Source of the DNA: Acidobacteriota bacterium
Lineage (GTDB): Bacteria; Acidobacteriota; JAAYUB01
Assembly: GCA_016935015.1 (NCBI GenBank)
Contig: JAFGRT010000122.1
Span: forward strand, 76,310 to 140,309
Direction of reading: 5' to 3'
DNA length: 64,000 nucleotides
Both the position numbers and the translations under genes were made by a program. A model generated the notes under the pieces. That model worked only from the letters and a program-made list of their open reading frames with translations. It was not told where the DNA came from and did no database searches. Numbering within the stretch: position 1 is the first letter of the stretch; each line of letters opens with the position of its first letter. Shown piece after piece: positions 28,290 through 37,452 of this stretch.

Positions 28290-28698
28290 AATCCGCCTCC
28301 TCCAGAAAACGTTTCAGTATCAGGGCCGCCGCCACGGCATCCGTATCGAATGGCTTCTTTTGCCGGGCTGTCTCTCGCACCGCTAGTAGCTCAAGGGCCT
28401 CCACCGTGGAATACCGCTCGTCCACCGCCAGCAGAGGCAAATGAAACTGCTTTTTTATTTTTTCAGCCAATCGCTCCACCCGCAGAACCGCATCGTTGAT
28501 ATCACCGGAAACATGCAGCGGGTAGCCGAGAACAATTCGGCCGACCTGCCATTCCTGGATCACGGTGCCGATCTCGGCCAGGTCGGCGCGGAAACTCCTC
28601 CGCCGGATGGTTTTGAAGGGACGAACCGTCAAGCCCAGGGCATCACTCAGAGCCAACCCGATGGTTTTTTCGCCGACATCCAACGCCAGGATTCTCAT
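28267..28698 (-). CDS. ruvX: RuvX/YqgF-family nuclease
   Basis: ILALDVGEKTIGLALSD, VLGYP, VDERYST, DAVAAALIL. Confidence 0.93.
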   Translation of the reverse strand: MRILALDVGEKTIGLALSDALGLTVRPFKTIRRRSFRADLAEIGTVIQEWQVGRIVLGYPLHVSGDINDAVLRVERLAEKIKKQFHLPLLAVDERYSTVEALELLAVRETARQKKPFDTDAVAAALILKRFLEEADSVVCKEW

Positions 28699-28932
28699 TG
28701 GGTTTTCCCGTTGCCCTTTTTCTGTTACCGCACGACGACCAATCTGCTTGCGAGCCGGACAACAGGTGTCTCAGTGTTGCCAAGAGATCACCCCGTTGTC
28801 TGACAATCGGGGGGCATTCCACCTCCTTCCGACCTCTTGTATTCTAGCCATATGCCGGAGTAATTAAAAGGACAAATGTCTTTTCTCCATCCGATGCATC
28901 TAGTATAATAACAACCTTTGAGAGGTGCCCTT

Positions 28933-30186
28933 ATGTTCGATCGAGGAAAACTCATCATCATCCTTCTCTCGGCGGTGGTGGTATTGTATACCGTCGTTGG
29001 CGGTTTTCTCGGCAAGGCCATTGCCGAAGACGAAACTTTCAAGAATCTGTCCATCTTCCAGGACATTCTGAAAAAAATCTCCCGCGAATACGTAGAACAC
29101 CCGGAAATGACCCATCTGAAACATGGTGCATTGGAAGGGTTGGTTCAAGGGACGGACTTTTTCTCCAGCTTCCTAAGTCCCGAGGAGTACCGGTTCGTGC
29201 GGGAGAGAATGACGGCCGTGGGTGAGACCGGTCTGATCCTTTCCCCCCGCACCGGGTATTACCGGATCATGCAGGTTCTGCCCGGCACACCTGCCGCGAA
29301 GGCCGGCCTGTTGCCGGGGGAAATCATCGAGGAAGTCGACGACGTCGGCATCAGTGAAAAGACATACATTTACACCCAGGCCTTTCTGCGCGGCCAGCCC
29401 GGCTCCTCGGTAAAACTGGGCATTTCCCGCGGCCGCGAGGAAGAACTGTTCGAAGTCACCCTCAAACGGGCACCGCTCGTCGCAGTGCCAGTGGAGACCA
29501 AAATCCTGCGGCCGGGCATCGGCTATCTGCGGTTGCTGCAGATTCACAGTGCCTCGTTGCCGGAGGTAGAGAAAGGGTTGAAAACGCTTGTGAACAGTGA
29601 TGTAAAGAAACTGGTGCTGGATCTGCGGGGCTGCAGCAACGGTGAACCAGCCGCGGCGATCACCATCGCCGACATGCTCATCGACGAGGGCATCATCACC
29701 ACCCAGAAGGGCCAAAGTATAGCTGATACAACATTTACTGCATCCCCCGAGAAGACTTTGTTTCAGGGGCCCATCGCCGTTTTGACCAATGGCTACACCA
29801 ACGGCGCTGCCGAAATCATTGCCGCCGCCCTCCGCGAGCGCTCCGATGGCACCGTGATTGGACAGAAAACATACGGCACCGCCTCGGAGCAGAAATATTT
29901 CGAGCTGGAGGATGGCTCGGCCATTTACCTTACCTATCTCATCTATCATTCACCGGCGGGGGATCCCATCATGGCCGAAAAATTCTCGAACTCCGGCGTC
30001 AAGCCCGAAGTTAAATCACCAGAAGAGGATTTCGCCCTGTCCCTCTACATCGACTATGAAATGGCTACGGGCGATGAGGCGCAGGAATTTTACAAAAAAT
30101 ATATCGATACAGTCTATCAACGCCAGCTGGAAAAAGCCGTCGAGGTGCTGGAGACGGACGCCCAACCAATCGAAAAAACCGCCTGA
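28933..30186 (+). CDS. S41/CtpA-family PDZ protein, apparently lacking the catalytic Ser and Lys
   Basis: TM anchor, PDZ (GTPAAKAGL), GIGYLRL, LVLDLRG; TNGAAE and TYGTASEQ at the active-site motifs. Confidence 0.85.
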   Translation: MFDRGKLIIILLSAVVVLYTVVGGFLGKAIAEDETFKNLSIFQDILKKISREYVEHPEMTHLKHGALEGLVQGTDFFSSFLSPEEYRFVRERMTAVGETGLILSPRTGYYRIMQVLPGTPAAKAGLLPGEIIEEVDDVGISEKTYIYTQAFLRGQPGSSVKLGISRGREEELFEVTLKRAPLVAVPVETKILRPGIGYLRLLQIHSASLPEVEKGLKTLVNSDVKKLVLDLRGCSNGEPAAAITIADMLIDEGIITTQKGQSIADTTFTASPEKTLFQGPIAVLTNGYTNGAAEIIAAALRERSDGTVIGQKTYGTASEQKYFELEDGSAIYLTYLIYHSPAGDPIMAEKFSNSGVKPEVKSPEEDFALSLYIDYEMATGDEAQEFYKKYIDTVYQRQLEKAVEVLETDAQPIEKTA

Positions 30187-30235
30187 ACCACACTCGCGGA
30201 GTCTGCCACCTGCCAACCCAGGAACCGGTCGTGAC

Positions 30236-31018
30236 ATGATTTGGAATTCATTCGAAAAAATCATCGAACCCGATTCGCCCGAAGCGGAGATGCTGGCGCG
30301 GATTGATCCCCAACGAATTCCCCGGCATGTGGCCGTGATCATGGATGGAAACGGCCGCTGGGCCGCGGCCCGCAGCCTGCCCCGCATCGAGGGGCATCGC
30401 GCCGGTGCGGATTCCGTCAAGGAAATCACGGAAACTTCGGTGCGCCTGGGTGTGCACTATCTCACCCTCTACGCCTTCTCCGTCGAGAACTGGAAACGGC
30501 CGATCACGGAGGTCAACGAGCTGATGCGGCTCTTGCGGCGTTATGTCCGGGAAGATCTGCCGACCCTCATGAAACACAAGATTCGGTTGAAGGCTTTGGG
30601 CCGCCTTCATGAACTCGACTACAAGACCCGGACGCTCGTGGAAAAAGCCATTCACCATTCCCGCGACAACACCGGCCTACAGCTGAATATCGCTCTCAAC
30701 TACGGCGGACGGACCGAACTGGTGGACGCCATGCGCGCCTTGGGTCGCCTCTGCACCGACGGCGGGCTGAAACCCGAAGATATCGACGAATCCACCATCG
30801 GCCGGCACCTGTATACTGCCGGCATCCCCGAACCGGATTTGCTGATCCGCACCAGCGGCGAATATCGCATCAGCAATTTTCTGTTGTGGCAAACGGCCTA
30901 CACCGAGTTTTATTTTACCCCGGTGCTCTGGCCGGATTTTCGTAAAATTCATTACTTCGAAGCCATTATCGATTTCCAACAGCGGGAGCGCCGGTACGGT
31001 GGCGTGAAAAACGTCTGA
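30236..31018 (+). CDS. uppS: Undecaprenyl diphosphate synthase
   Basis: HVAVIMDGNGRWA, YAFSVENWKRP, NYGGR, IRTSGEYRISNFLLWQ. Confidence 0.96.
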   Translation: MIWNSFEKIIEPDSPEAEMLARIDPQRIPRHVAVIMDGNGRWAAARSLPRIEGHRAGADSVKEITETSVRLGVHYLTLYAFSVENWKRPITEVNELMRLLRRYVREDLPTLMKHKIRLKALGRLHELDYKTRTLVEKAIHHSRDNTGLQLNIALNYGGRTELVDAMRALGRLCTDGGLKPEDIDESTIGRHLYTAGIPEPDLLIRTSGEYRISNFLLWQTAYTEFYFTPVLWPDFRKIHYFEAIIDFQQRERRYGGVKNV

Positions 31019-31032
31019 GTTCATAACACAAC

Positions 31033-31842
31033 ATGTGGAAACGAATCCTGTCAGCTCTGGTTCTCATTCCCGCCGTTCTCGCCATCATGGTCTGGGCTCC
31101 GCTCTGGCTTTTTACCCTGGTGGTTTATCTCATTTGCCTGCTTGCCTTTCATGAATTTATCCGCATGGGGCGAAACATCTTTACCGGCTATCGTTTCGGC
31201 CCGGTTTATATACCGGCCGTCCTGGCGGGCGGGGTGGCCATCTATCCCTGGATCGCCGATCATCGCCTCATGGCCCTGCTGGCTTTTTTCCTCATGGCCG
31301 GCGTCACCAGCGTGCTGCTAGCTTCGTGCGTTGAGGAAATCATGACCTTGCTGGCCTGGCCGTTGCTGGGTTTTGTTTACATCTATATCCTTTTTTCCTA
31401 TGTTGTGGATATCCGGTTTTCCTTTGCTCCGGAGAAAGGGCTGCTGTTGCTGCTCTTCTTTCTTCTCATCCAATGGGTCGGCGACACGTTTTCCTATCTC
31501 ACGGGGATGGCCTTCGGCCAACATCGTCTCGCCCCGGCCATCAGCCCCAAAAAGACCCTGGAGGGCACCATCGGCGGATTGGCGGGGAGCGCCTCCGTCG
31601 GCTGGCTGCTGACCGTAGTCGTTCTGACGGACGCCTCACCTTGGCTAGGTCTCCTGTTCGGGCTTCTGGTGGGCGGTTTCGGCCAGTTGGGCGACCTGCT
31701 GGAATCCCAGCTGAAAAGAACCTGTAAAGTCAAAGATTCATCCAATCTCATACCCGGTCACGGAGGTGTTCTGGACCGTCTGGATTCCCTGATATTCACA
31801 GCCCCGCTCTACTTCGGAGTGCTGAAATATTGGCTGATCTGA
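31033..31842 (+). CDS. cdsA: Phosphatidate cytidylyltransferase
   Basis: ISPKKTLEG, GDLLESQLKR..VKDS..IPGHGGVLDRLDS. Confidence 0.95.
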   Translation: MWKRILSALVLIPAVLAIMVWAPLWLFTLVVYLICLLAFHEFIRMGRNIFTGYRFGPVYIPAVLAGGVAIYPWIADHRLMALLAFFLMAGVTSVLLASCVEEIMTLLAWPLLGFVYIYILFSYVVDIRFSFAPEKGLLLLLFFLLIQWVGDTFSYLTGMAFGQHRLAPAISPKKTLEGTIGGLAGSASVGWLLTVVVLTDASPWLGLLFGLLVGGFGQLGDLLESQLKRTCKVKDSSNLIPGHGGVLDRLDSLIFTAPLYFGVLKYWLI

Positions 31843-31864
31843 GACCGGTGCGACGGAACGGCAG

Positions 31865-33037
31865 ATGAAAGCGATCACCATATTAGGTTCAACCGGCTCT
31901 ATCGGCACCAGCGCCCTCGACGTCATCCGCTCCCAGCGGAACATCTTCCGGGTGGCCGGCCTGGCCGCCGGCCGGAACATGCGGGCACTGGCCGAACAAA
32001 TCCGCGAATTCGAGCCGGAATGCGTTTCGGTGCTGGATGATGTTGTCGCCACCCAACTGCGTTCGCTGCTGGCTGCGGCGGATTACCCCCCGGACCGCAC
32101 CGAAATCCTGAGCGGTGAGGCCGGAACCTGCGCCGTGGCGGCTCTGCCCGCCGCGGAGGTGGTGATTTCCAGCATGGTGGGTTTTTCCGGTCTGAAACCG
32201 ACCTATCACGCCATCCAGGCCGGCAAGGATATCGCCCTGGCCAACAAGGAGGTCCTGGTGGCGGGCGGGGAATTCATCACCCGGGCCGCCCGACAATGCA
32301 ATGTCAGGCTCGTCCCTGTCGACAGCGAACATAACGCCATTTTTCAATGTCTCCGCGGCGAGAGCACGTCCGAAATCAAGACCATTTGGCTGACGGCCTC
32401 GGGCGGTCCCTTTCGCACTACGCCCCTTGACCAGCTGGTAACGGTGTCGCCGGAGGAGGCCCTCCGTCACCCCACCTGGCGGATGGGACCGAAAATAACC
32501 ATCGATTCGGCCACCATGATGAACAAAGGGTTGGAAATCATCGAGGCTCACTGGCTGTTTGGCCTACCGGCCGATGCCATCCAGGTGGTGGTGCATCCCC
32601 AGTCGACCATTCATTCCATGGTGGAGTTTCAGGACGGATCGTTTATCGCCCAGCTGGGGGTCACCGACATGCGGTTGCCCATCCATTACGCCCTGCACTA
32701 CCCGGCCCGGGCGCCGTTCAACGGCCGGCGGATGGATCCCTTCACCCTCGGCGCGCTGGAATTCCATGCCCCGGATTTCGAAAAATTCCCCTGCCTCACC
32801 CTCGCTTACCAGGCGCTGCGTCAGGGTGGATCCCTGCCCACAATTCTCAACGCGGCCAATGAAGTGGCGGTGGCGGCCTTCCTGCGCGCAGATATCCGGT
32901 TCACGGACATCCCTCGGATTATCGGCGACACCCTGGCGGCCCTGGCCGGCCAAGAGGCCCGAACCCTGGAAGACATTCTCCATCTGAACGAACGCTCCCG
33001 GCAGAGCGCTTACCGGATCGTTCGGGATCTCAAATGA
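31865..33037 (+). CDS. dxr: 1-deoxy-D-xylulose-5-phosphate reductoisomerase
   Basis: ILGSTGSIG, LANKE, PVDSEH, LTASGGPF, MGPKITIDSATMMNKGLE. Confidence 0.97.
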   Translation: MKAITILGSTGSIGTSALDVIRSQRNIFRVAGLAAGRNMRALAEQIREFEPECVSVLDDVVATQLRSLLAAADYPPDRTEILSGEAGTCAVAALPAAEVVISSMVGFSGLKPTYHAIQAGKDIALANKEVLVAGGEFITRAARQCNVRLVPVDSEHNAIFQCLRGESTSEIKTIWLTASGGPFRTTPLDQLVTVSPEEALRHPTWRMGPKITIDSATMMNKGLEIIEAHWLFGLPADAIQVVVHPQSTIHSMVEFQDGSFIAQLGVTDMRLPIHYALHYPARAPFNGRRMDPFTLGALEFHAPDFEKFPCLTLAYQALRQGGSLPTILNAANEVAVAAFLRADIRFTDIPRIIGDTLAALAGQEARTLEDILHLNERSRQSAYRIVRDLK

Positions 33038-33139
33038 AACGGCGCCTTCACGGTGTCAACCGATCCGGGGTTTATCCGGGACCCGGTTTGTGATAAGTTC
33101 TCCATTGTGCCGAATCCAGAATGAGGAAACAAAGCCCCC

Positions 33140-34720
33140 ATGGATACCTTGATTGCAATTTTTTCGTTTGTCATCATCCTTGGCGTCATCATCTTCCTGC
33201 ATGAGCTGGGGCATTTCATCGCCGCCCGCTTGTTCCGGATTCGCGTGGAAACATTCTCCCTCGGTTTCGGCAAGCGGCTCTGGGGTTTCGAAAAAAACGG
33301 CGTGGATTATCGCATCAGCATGATCCCCTTGGGCGGTTATGTGAAGATGGCGGGTGAATACTTCGGAGAATCCCGCGGCGGCGACCCTGACGAGTTTCTC
33401 TCCAAGCCGCGCTATCAGCGGGCCATTGTCTCCTTTGCCGGTCCCTTCATGAATTTTCTTCTGGCCGTCTTTCTTCTGACGGCGAACAACGTCATCGGCG
33501 TAGACATGCCCGGTTTCACCCGTGAACCGGCCCGCGTGGGCGACATCGTCGCCGGTTCGCCGGCCGCCGCCGCCGATTTGGAAGTCGGCGACGAGATCAT
33601 CCGCCTGGGAAACGACGCCGTCACCGACTGGCAGGATTTCCAGCTCGAGGCTATTTCGGCGGCCAATGAGACGGTCGCCCTTGAGATCCGTCGCCATGGC
33701 CGCCTTATGCAGACGGAGATCCGCATCGGCGAGGACCTTCAGGATCCGTACAATATCTCTGGTATCAAGCCTTTCGTCCCGGCCAGGATTCAGCAGGTCG
33801 CGCCGGATTACCCGGCCGCCGCGGCCGGTCTGCAGAGTGGTGACGTCATCGCGTGGGTATCCCACGACAATGAATCGGCCAGCGGCTACTTCCACATCTT
33901 TCGTTTCATCTGGAACCGTCCCGGCAAGAAACTCACCTTGCAGGTGCAGCGGGGGGAGCGGACGCTGGAAAAGGTGGTCTATTCGGCGGCGGAAGTCGTC
34001 TCCGTGCCGGAAGGTTCTCCGGCGCAGGGCATGGGCCTGCAGGTCGGGGACATCATTCAGTCTCTCACCCGGGATGACCGCGTCGCCGACCATTTCCCGG
34101 AAATCGTGCAGTGGCTGCACGAAGACTGGTCACCGACCATGTCCCTGGTCGTCCTCCGGAAAAGTAAACCGGTCACCCTGGACGTCCCCCCGACGGCGGC
34201 CGATACCCTGTCCGCGGCCTTGGTGCATCCGGAACAGGCGGAGCCAGAGTCGACGTTCATGGTCCGCGGTGTACTGGGATTCAGTTTTGACTTCGCCTTC
34301 TACAAGGAACAGTATCCCCTTCCCCAGGCCTTGGTGAAATCATTCCGCGACAATTATGAACTGGTACTCCTGACCTACCGGATCCTCGGCAAGGTGCTCA
34401 CGGCGGAACTGTCCCTGAAACAATTCCAGGGACCCATCGGCATCGCCCAAGCGACGGGTGAGGTGGTTAAAACAGGGAAATGGACCAACATATTCGCCTT
34501 TAGCGCCTTGATCAGCATCAACCTGGCCATTCTGAACCTGCTGCCTATCCCGGTGTTGGACGGCGGCATGTTGTTGCTGCTCCTGATCGAGATGGGCCTG
34601 CGCCGTGATCTGCCCCTCCGTCTCAAGGAGCGGATCATCCAGATCGGTTTCCTGATCCTCATCACCTTCATGGCCGTGGTGGTGATGCTGGATATTATGA
34701 AATCCTTCGGGGGAACATAG
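33140..34720 (+). CDS. rseP: Site-2 membrane metalloprotease RseP (three PDZ-like repeats)
   Basis: HELGH, IPLGGYVKM, AGPFMN, NLLPIPVLDGG. Confidence 0.93.
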   Translation: MDTLIAIFSFVIILGVIIFLHELGHFIAARLFRIRVETFSLGFGKRLWGFEKNGVDYRISMIPLGGYVKMAGEYFGESRGGDPDEFLSKPRYQRAIVSFAGPFMNFLLAVFLLTANNVIGVDMPGFTREPARVGDIVAGSPAAAADLEVGDEIIRLGNDAVTDWQDFQLEAISAANETVALEIRRHGRLMQTEIRIGEDLQDPYNISGIKPFVPARIQQVAPDYPAAAAGLQSGDVIAWVSHDNESASGYFHIFRFIWNRPGKKLTLQVQRGERTLEKVVYSAAEVVSVPEGSPAQGMGLQVGDIIQSLTRDDRVADHFPEIVQWLHEDWSPTMSLVVLRKSKPVTLDVPPTAADTLSAALVHPEQAEPESTFMVRGVLGFSFDFAFYKEQYPLPQALVKSFRDNYELVLLTYRILGKVLTAELSLKQFQGPIGIAQATGEVVKTGKWTNIFAFSALISINLAILNLLPIPVLDGGMLLLLLIEMGLRRDLPLRLKERIIQIGFLILITFMAVVVMLDIMKSFGGT

Positions 34721-34729
34721 CCGCGCATC

Positions 34730-35824
34730 ATGTCCGCCATACACCGTCGCAAGACACGAACCGTCGCCGTCGGCTCCCTGACCATCGGGGACCCCGCGCC
34801 TGTCACTGTACAATCCATGACCAATACCGACACCCGGGACGTGACGGCGACACTGTCCCAAATCCGCCGGCTGGAAGGGGTCGGCTGCGAGATCATACGA
34901 TTGGCCGTCCCTGATCAGGCGGCGGCCGATGCCCTGCCGGCCATCCGGGCGGAGGTGAAAACGCCGCTGGTGGCCGATATTCATTTCGATTACCGCCTGG
35001 CTCTGGCCGCCTTAGACGCGGGCGTGGACAAGCTGCGCCTCAACCCCGGCAACATCGGCGACCCGCCGCGCGTCCGGCAGGTGGTCTCAGAAGCAAAACG
35101 AAGGCGGATCCCCATCCGCATCGGTGTCAACGCCGGCTCCCTGGCCCGCCCGCTTCTCCGCAAATACGGCCACCCCTGTGCCGAAGCCTTGGTGGAGAGC
35201 GCCCTCCAGCATGTGGCCATCCTCGAAGATCTGAATTTTCGGGACATCGTCATCTCCCTCAAAGCGTCGAACGTGGCCATGTGCGTGGCCGCCTACCGCC
35301 TCATGGCCCGGCAGACGGACTACCCTCTCCATCTGGGCATCACCGAGGCCGGCACCTTCCTGACAGGCACCATAGCCTCGGCCGCCGGCATCGGCGCTCT
35401 TTTGCTGGACGGCATTGGCGACACCATCCGCGTGTCGCTCACGGCGCCGCCCGAAGAAGAGGTGCGGGTCGGTTTCCGTCTTTTGCGGGTGCTGGACGTC
35501 CGCCGGCACGGGCCCCGTTTTATTTCCTGTCCCTCCTGTGGCCGGACCACTGTGGACCTCGTGGGTCTTGCCAATGCCATCGAAGAGCGACTGGCCTGGG
35601 TGACGCAACCCGTCACCATCGCCGTCATGGGCTGCGAGGTCAACGGACCGGGTGAGGCCGCCGAGGCGGACATCGGCTTGGCTTGCGGCCGCAAGGCATC
35701 GCTGATATTCCAAAAAGGGGCGGTAGTAAAAAAAATAACCAACGATCACCTGGTGGAGGAGTTTGTGCGCGAGGTGGCGGTGTTTCTCCACAAACGGGAG
35801 GAGTCGTCCTCATGCGGGGAGTAG
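34730..35824 (+). CDS. ispG: HMBPP synthase
   Basis: VQSMTNT, VADIHF, RLNPGN, RIGVNAGS, CPSCGR, VMGCEVNGPGE. Confidence 0.97.
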   Translation: MSAIHRRKTRTVAVGSLTIGDPAPVTVQSMTNTDTRDVTATLSQIRRLEGVGCEIIRLAVPDQAAADALPAIRAEVKTPLVADIHFDYRLALAALDAGVDKLRLNPGNIGDPPRVRQVVSEAKRRRIPIRIGVNAGSLARPLLRKYGHPCAEALVESALQHVAILEDLNFRDIVISLKASNVAMCVAAYRLMARQTDYPLHLGITEAGTFLTGTIASAAGIGALLLDGIGDTIRVSLTAPPEEEVRVGFRLLRVLDVRRHGPRFISCPSCGRTTVDLVGLANAIEERLAWVTQPVTIAVMGCEVNGPGEAAEADIGLACGRKASLIFQKGAVVKKITNDHLVEEFVREVAVFLHKREESSSCGE

Positions 35825-36261
35825 TCCAGCGGGTATCCGGGGCGGACGTGCGGGTGGACGGCGAATCCGTCGGCCGCATCGGCCCGGGCATTCTCCTGCT
35901 GTTGGGTATCGCCGCCGACGACACCCCGGCGGACGCCGATTACATCCTCAAGAAGACCATTGAACTGCGCATTTTCCCTGACAGTGAAGGCAAGATGAAC
36001 CGTTCGCTGCTGGATACCGGTGGCGAGCTGCTGGTGGTCTCCCAGTTCACCCTCTACGGGGACTGCCGCAAGGGCCGCCGTCCCTCTTACTCCCATGCCA
36101 TGGAGCCCCGCGCGGCTGAATCCATGTACGAGGAATTCATGAAGCGGGCGCGACAGCTGCCCCTTAGGGTTCAGGGAGGCGAATTTCAGGCCATGATGGA
36201 TGTCCGTCTGGTCAACGATGGCCCGGTCACTCTGCTGCTGGACAGCCGCAAGGTCTTCTGA
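35812..36261 (+). CDS. dtd: D-aminoacyl-tRNA deacylase
   Basis: MRGVVQRV, SQFTL, GRRPS, NDGPVT. Confidence 0.96.
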   Translation: MRGVVQRVSGADVRVDGESVGRIGPGILLLLGIAADDTPADADYILKKTIELRIFPDSEGKMNRSLLDTGGELLVVSQFTLYGDCRKGRRPSYSHAMEPRAAESMYEEFMKRARQLPLRVQGGEFQAMMDVRLVNDGPVTLLLDSRKVF

Positions 36262-36289
36262 TCAGAAAGTCAGCACTCCGAACCGGGAT

Positions 36290-37159
36290 TTATTTGGGCA
36301 GCATTCCCCAGGCGATGGCCCCCGGCCCGGCATGGGCGGCGATGGTGGGTCCGCATTCAGCCAGGCGCACTTCTTCCACCGGCATATTCAGTTCTTCCGC
36401 CACTTTTTCCTGCATCATCTTCGCATCAGCCGGGGCATCGACGTGGGCGATCCAGAGGGCAACGGGGCTGTGCTGCAATTCCTTGATGGTCTTGGCCCTT
36501 TCCACCAACATCTCCAGCGCCGCCTGACGGCCACGGGCCCGGTCCACCGGGATCAGTCGTTTATTCTCCAGGTGAATGACGGGTTTGATATTCAATATGT
36601 TGCCCATGAACGCCGCCAGGGCGCTGACGCGGCCCCCCTTGCGCAGCCAGGTGAGATTGTCGACGGTAAAACAGAAATAACTGTCGGCCATATACCGCTG
36701 CAGATAGGTCTCCAGCTGATCGAGGTTTTCCTCTCGGTGCAGGAATTCCGCCGCTTTCTGGACGAGCATGGCCTGGGTGACGCACAGGGAGCCGGTGTCG
36801 ATCTGACGGACACGTTCGGCGAGATTCTGTTTTAAAAACTGCCGCGATCCGCCGGCACTGGCAACACACCCGGAGAGTTCCGACGAAATGTGAAACGAGA
36901 TGACCTGGTCGTAATCCTGCAAGAGCTTTTCGTACATGGCGGCGTATTCGCCGGGGTACGGCGGAGCCGTTTTCACGTCGGCGCGTTTGTGCAGATGCTC
37001 CAGAAACTCATTCCGCTGCAGCGAAATGCCGTCCAGGTAATCGTGGCCCTCCACGAATACGTGAATCGGCATCAGATGGAGCCCGTATTGCTCCACCAGG
37101 CCCGGCGGGAAGTCAGCCGTGCTGTCCACCAGTATTCCAGTTTTTTTCACCTTGGACAC
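36290..37159 (-). CDS. DegV-family fatty-acid-binding protein
   Basis: DSTAD, HISSELSG, LRKGGRV, LNIKPV, AHAGPGA. Confidence 0.92.
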   Translation of the reverse strand: MSKVKKTGILVDSTADFPPGLVEQYGLHLMPIHVFVEGHDYLDGISLQRNEFLEHLHKRADVKTAPPYPGEYAAMYEKLLQDYDQVISFHISSELSGCVASAGGSRQFLKQNLAERVRQIDTGSLCVTQAMLVQKAAEFLHREENLDQLETYLQRYMADSYFCFTVDNLTWLRKGGRVSALAAFMGNILNIKPVIHLENKRLIPVDRARGRQAALEMLVERAKTIKELQHSPVALWIAHVDAPADAKMMQEKVAEELNMPVEEVRLAECGPTIAAHAGPGAIAWGMLPK

Positions 37160-37282
37160 TCCGTTGGATCAAGGATATCTGCCTTTCGATCTCGGCCAAA
37201 CGAAATCATATTATAGTGATCCTTGACCGTGGCATCAAGCCATGTTGTTGAGCGAACCTGTCAATTTGCGTGTTCATTGGCT

Positions 37283-37311
37283 TTGACTTGATTCCGGCCA
37301 TGTGCTATAAA
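37283..37311 (+). promoter_or_regulatory. Sigma70-type promoter for the 37453-43872 gene run
   Basis: TTGACT (37283-88), 17-nt spacer ending in TGc, then TATAAA (37306-11). Confidence 0.65.
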
Positions 37312-37452
37312 TTATCCACTCTGTCGCGTACAAGGCCGGATGCAAACAACAACACCGCATGACCACTGCTTGACTGCCCGATTCGAATATTGCACAGGCA
37401 GAAACCGGTCTGTACATGATGGCCCATGGACATCCATCGCAAGGAGAATCAT

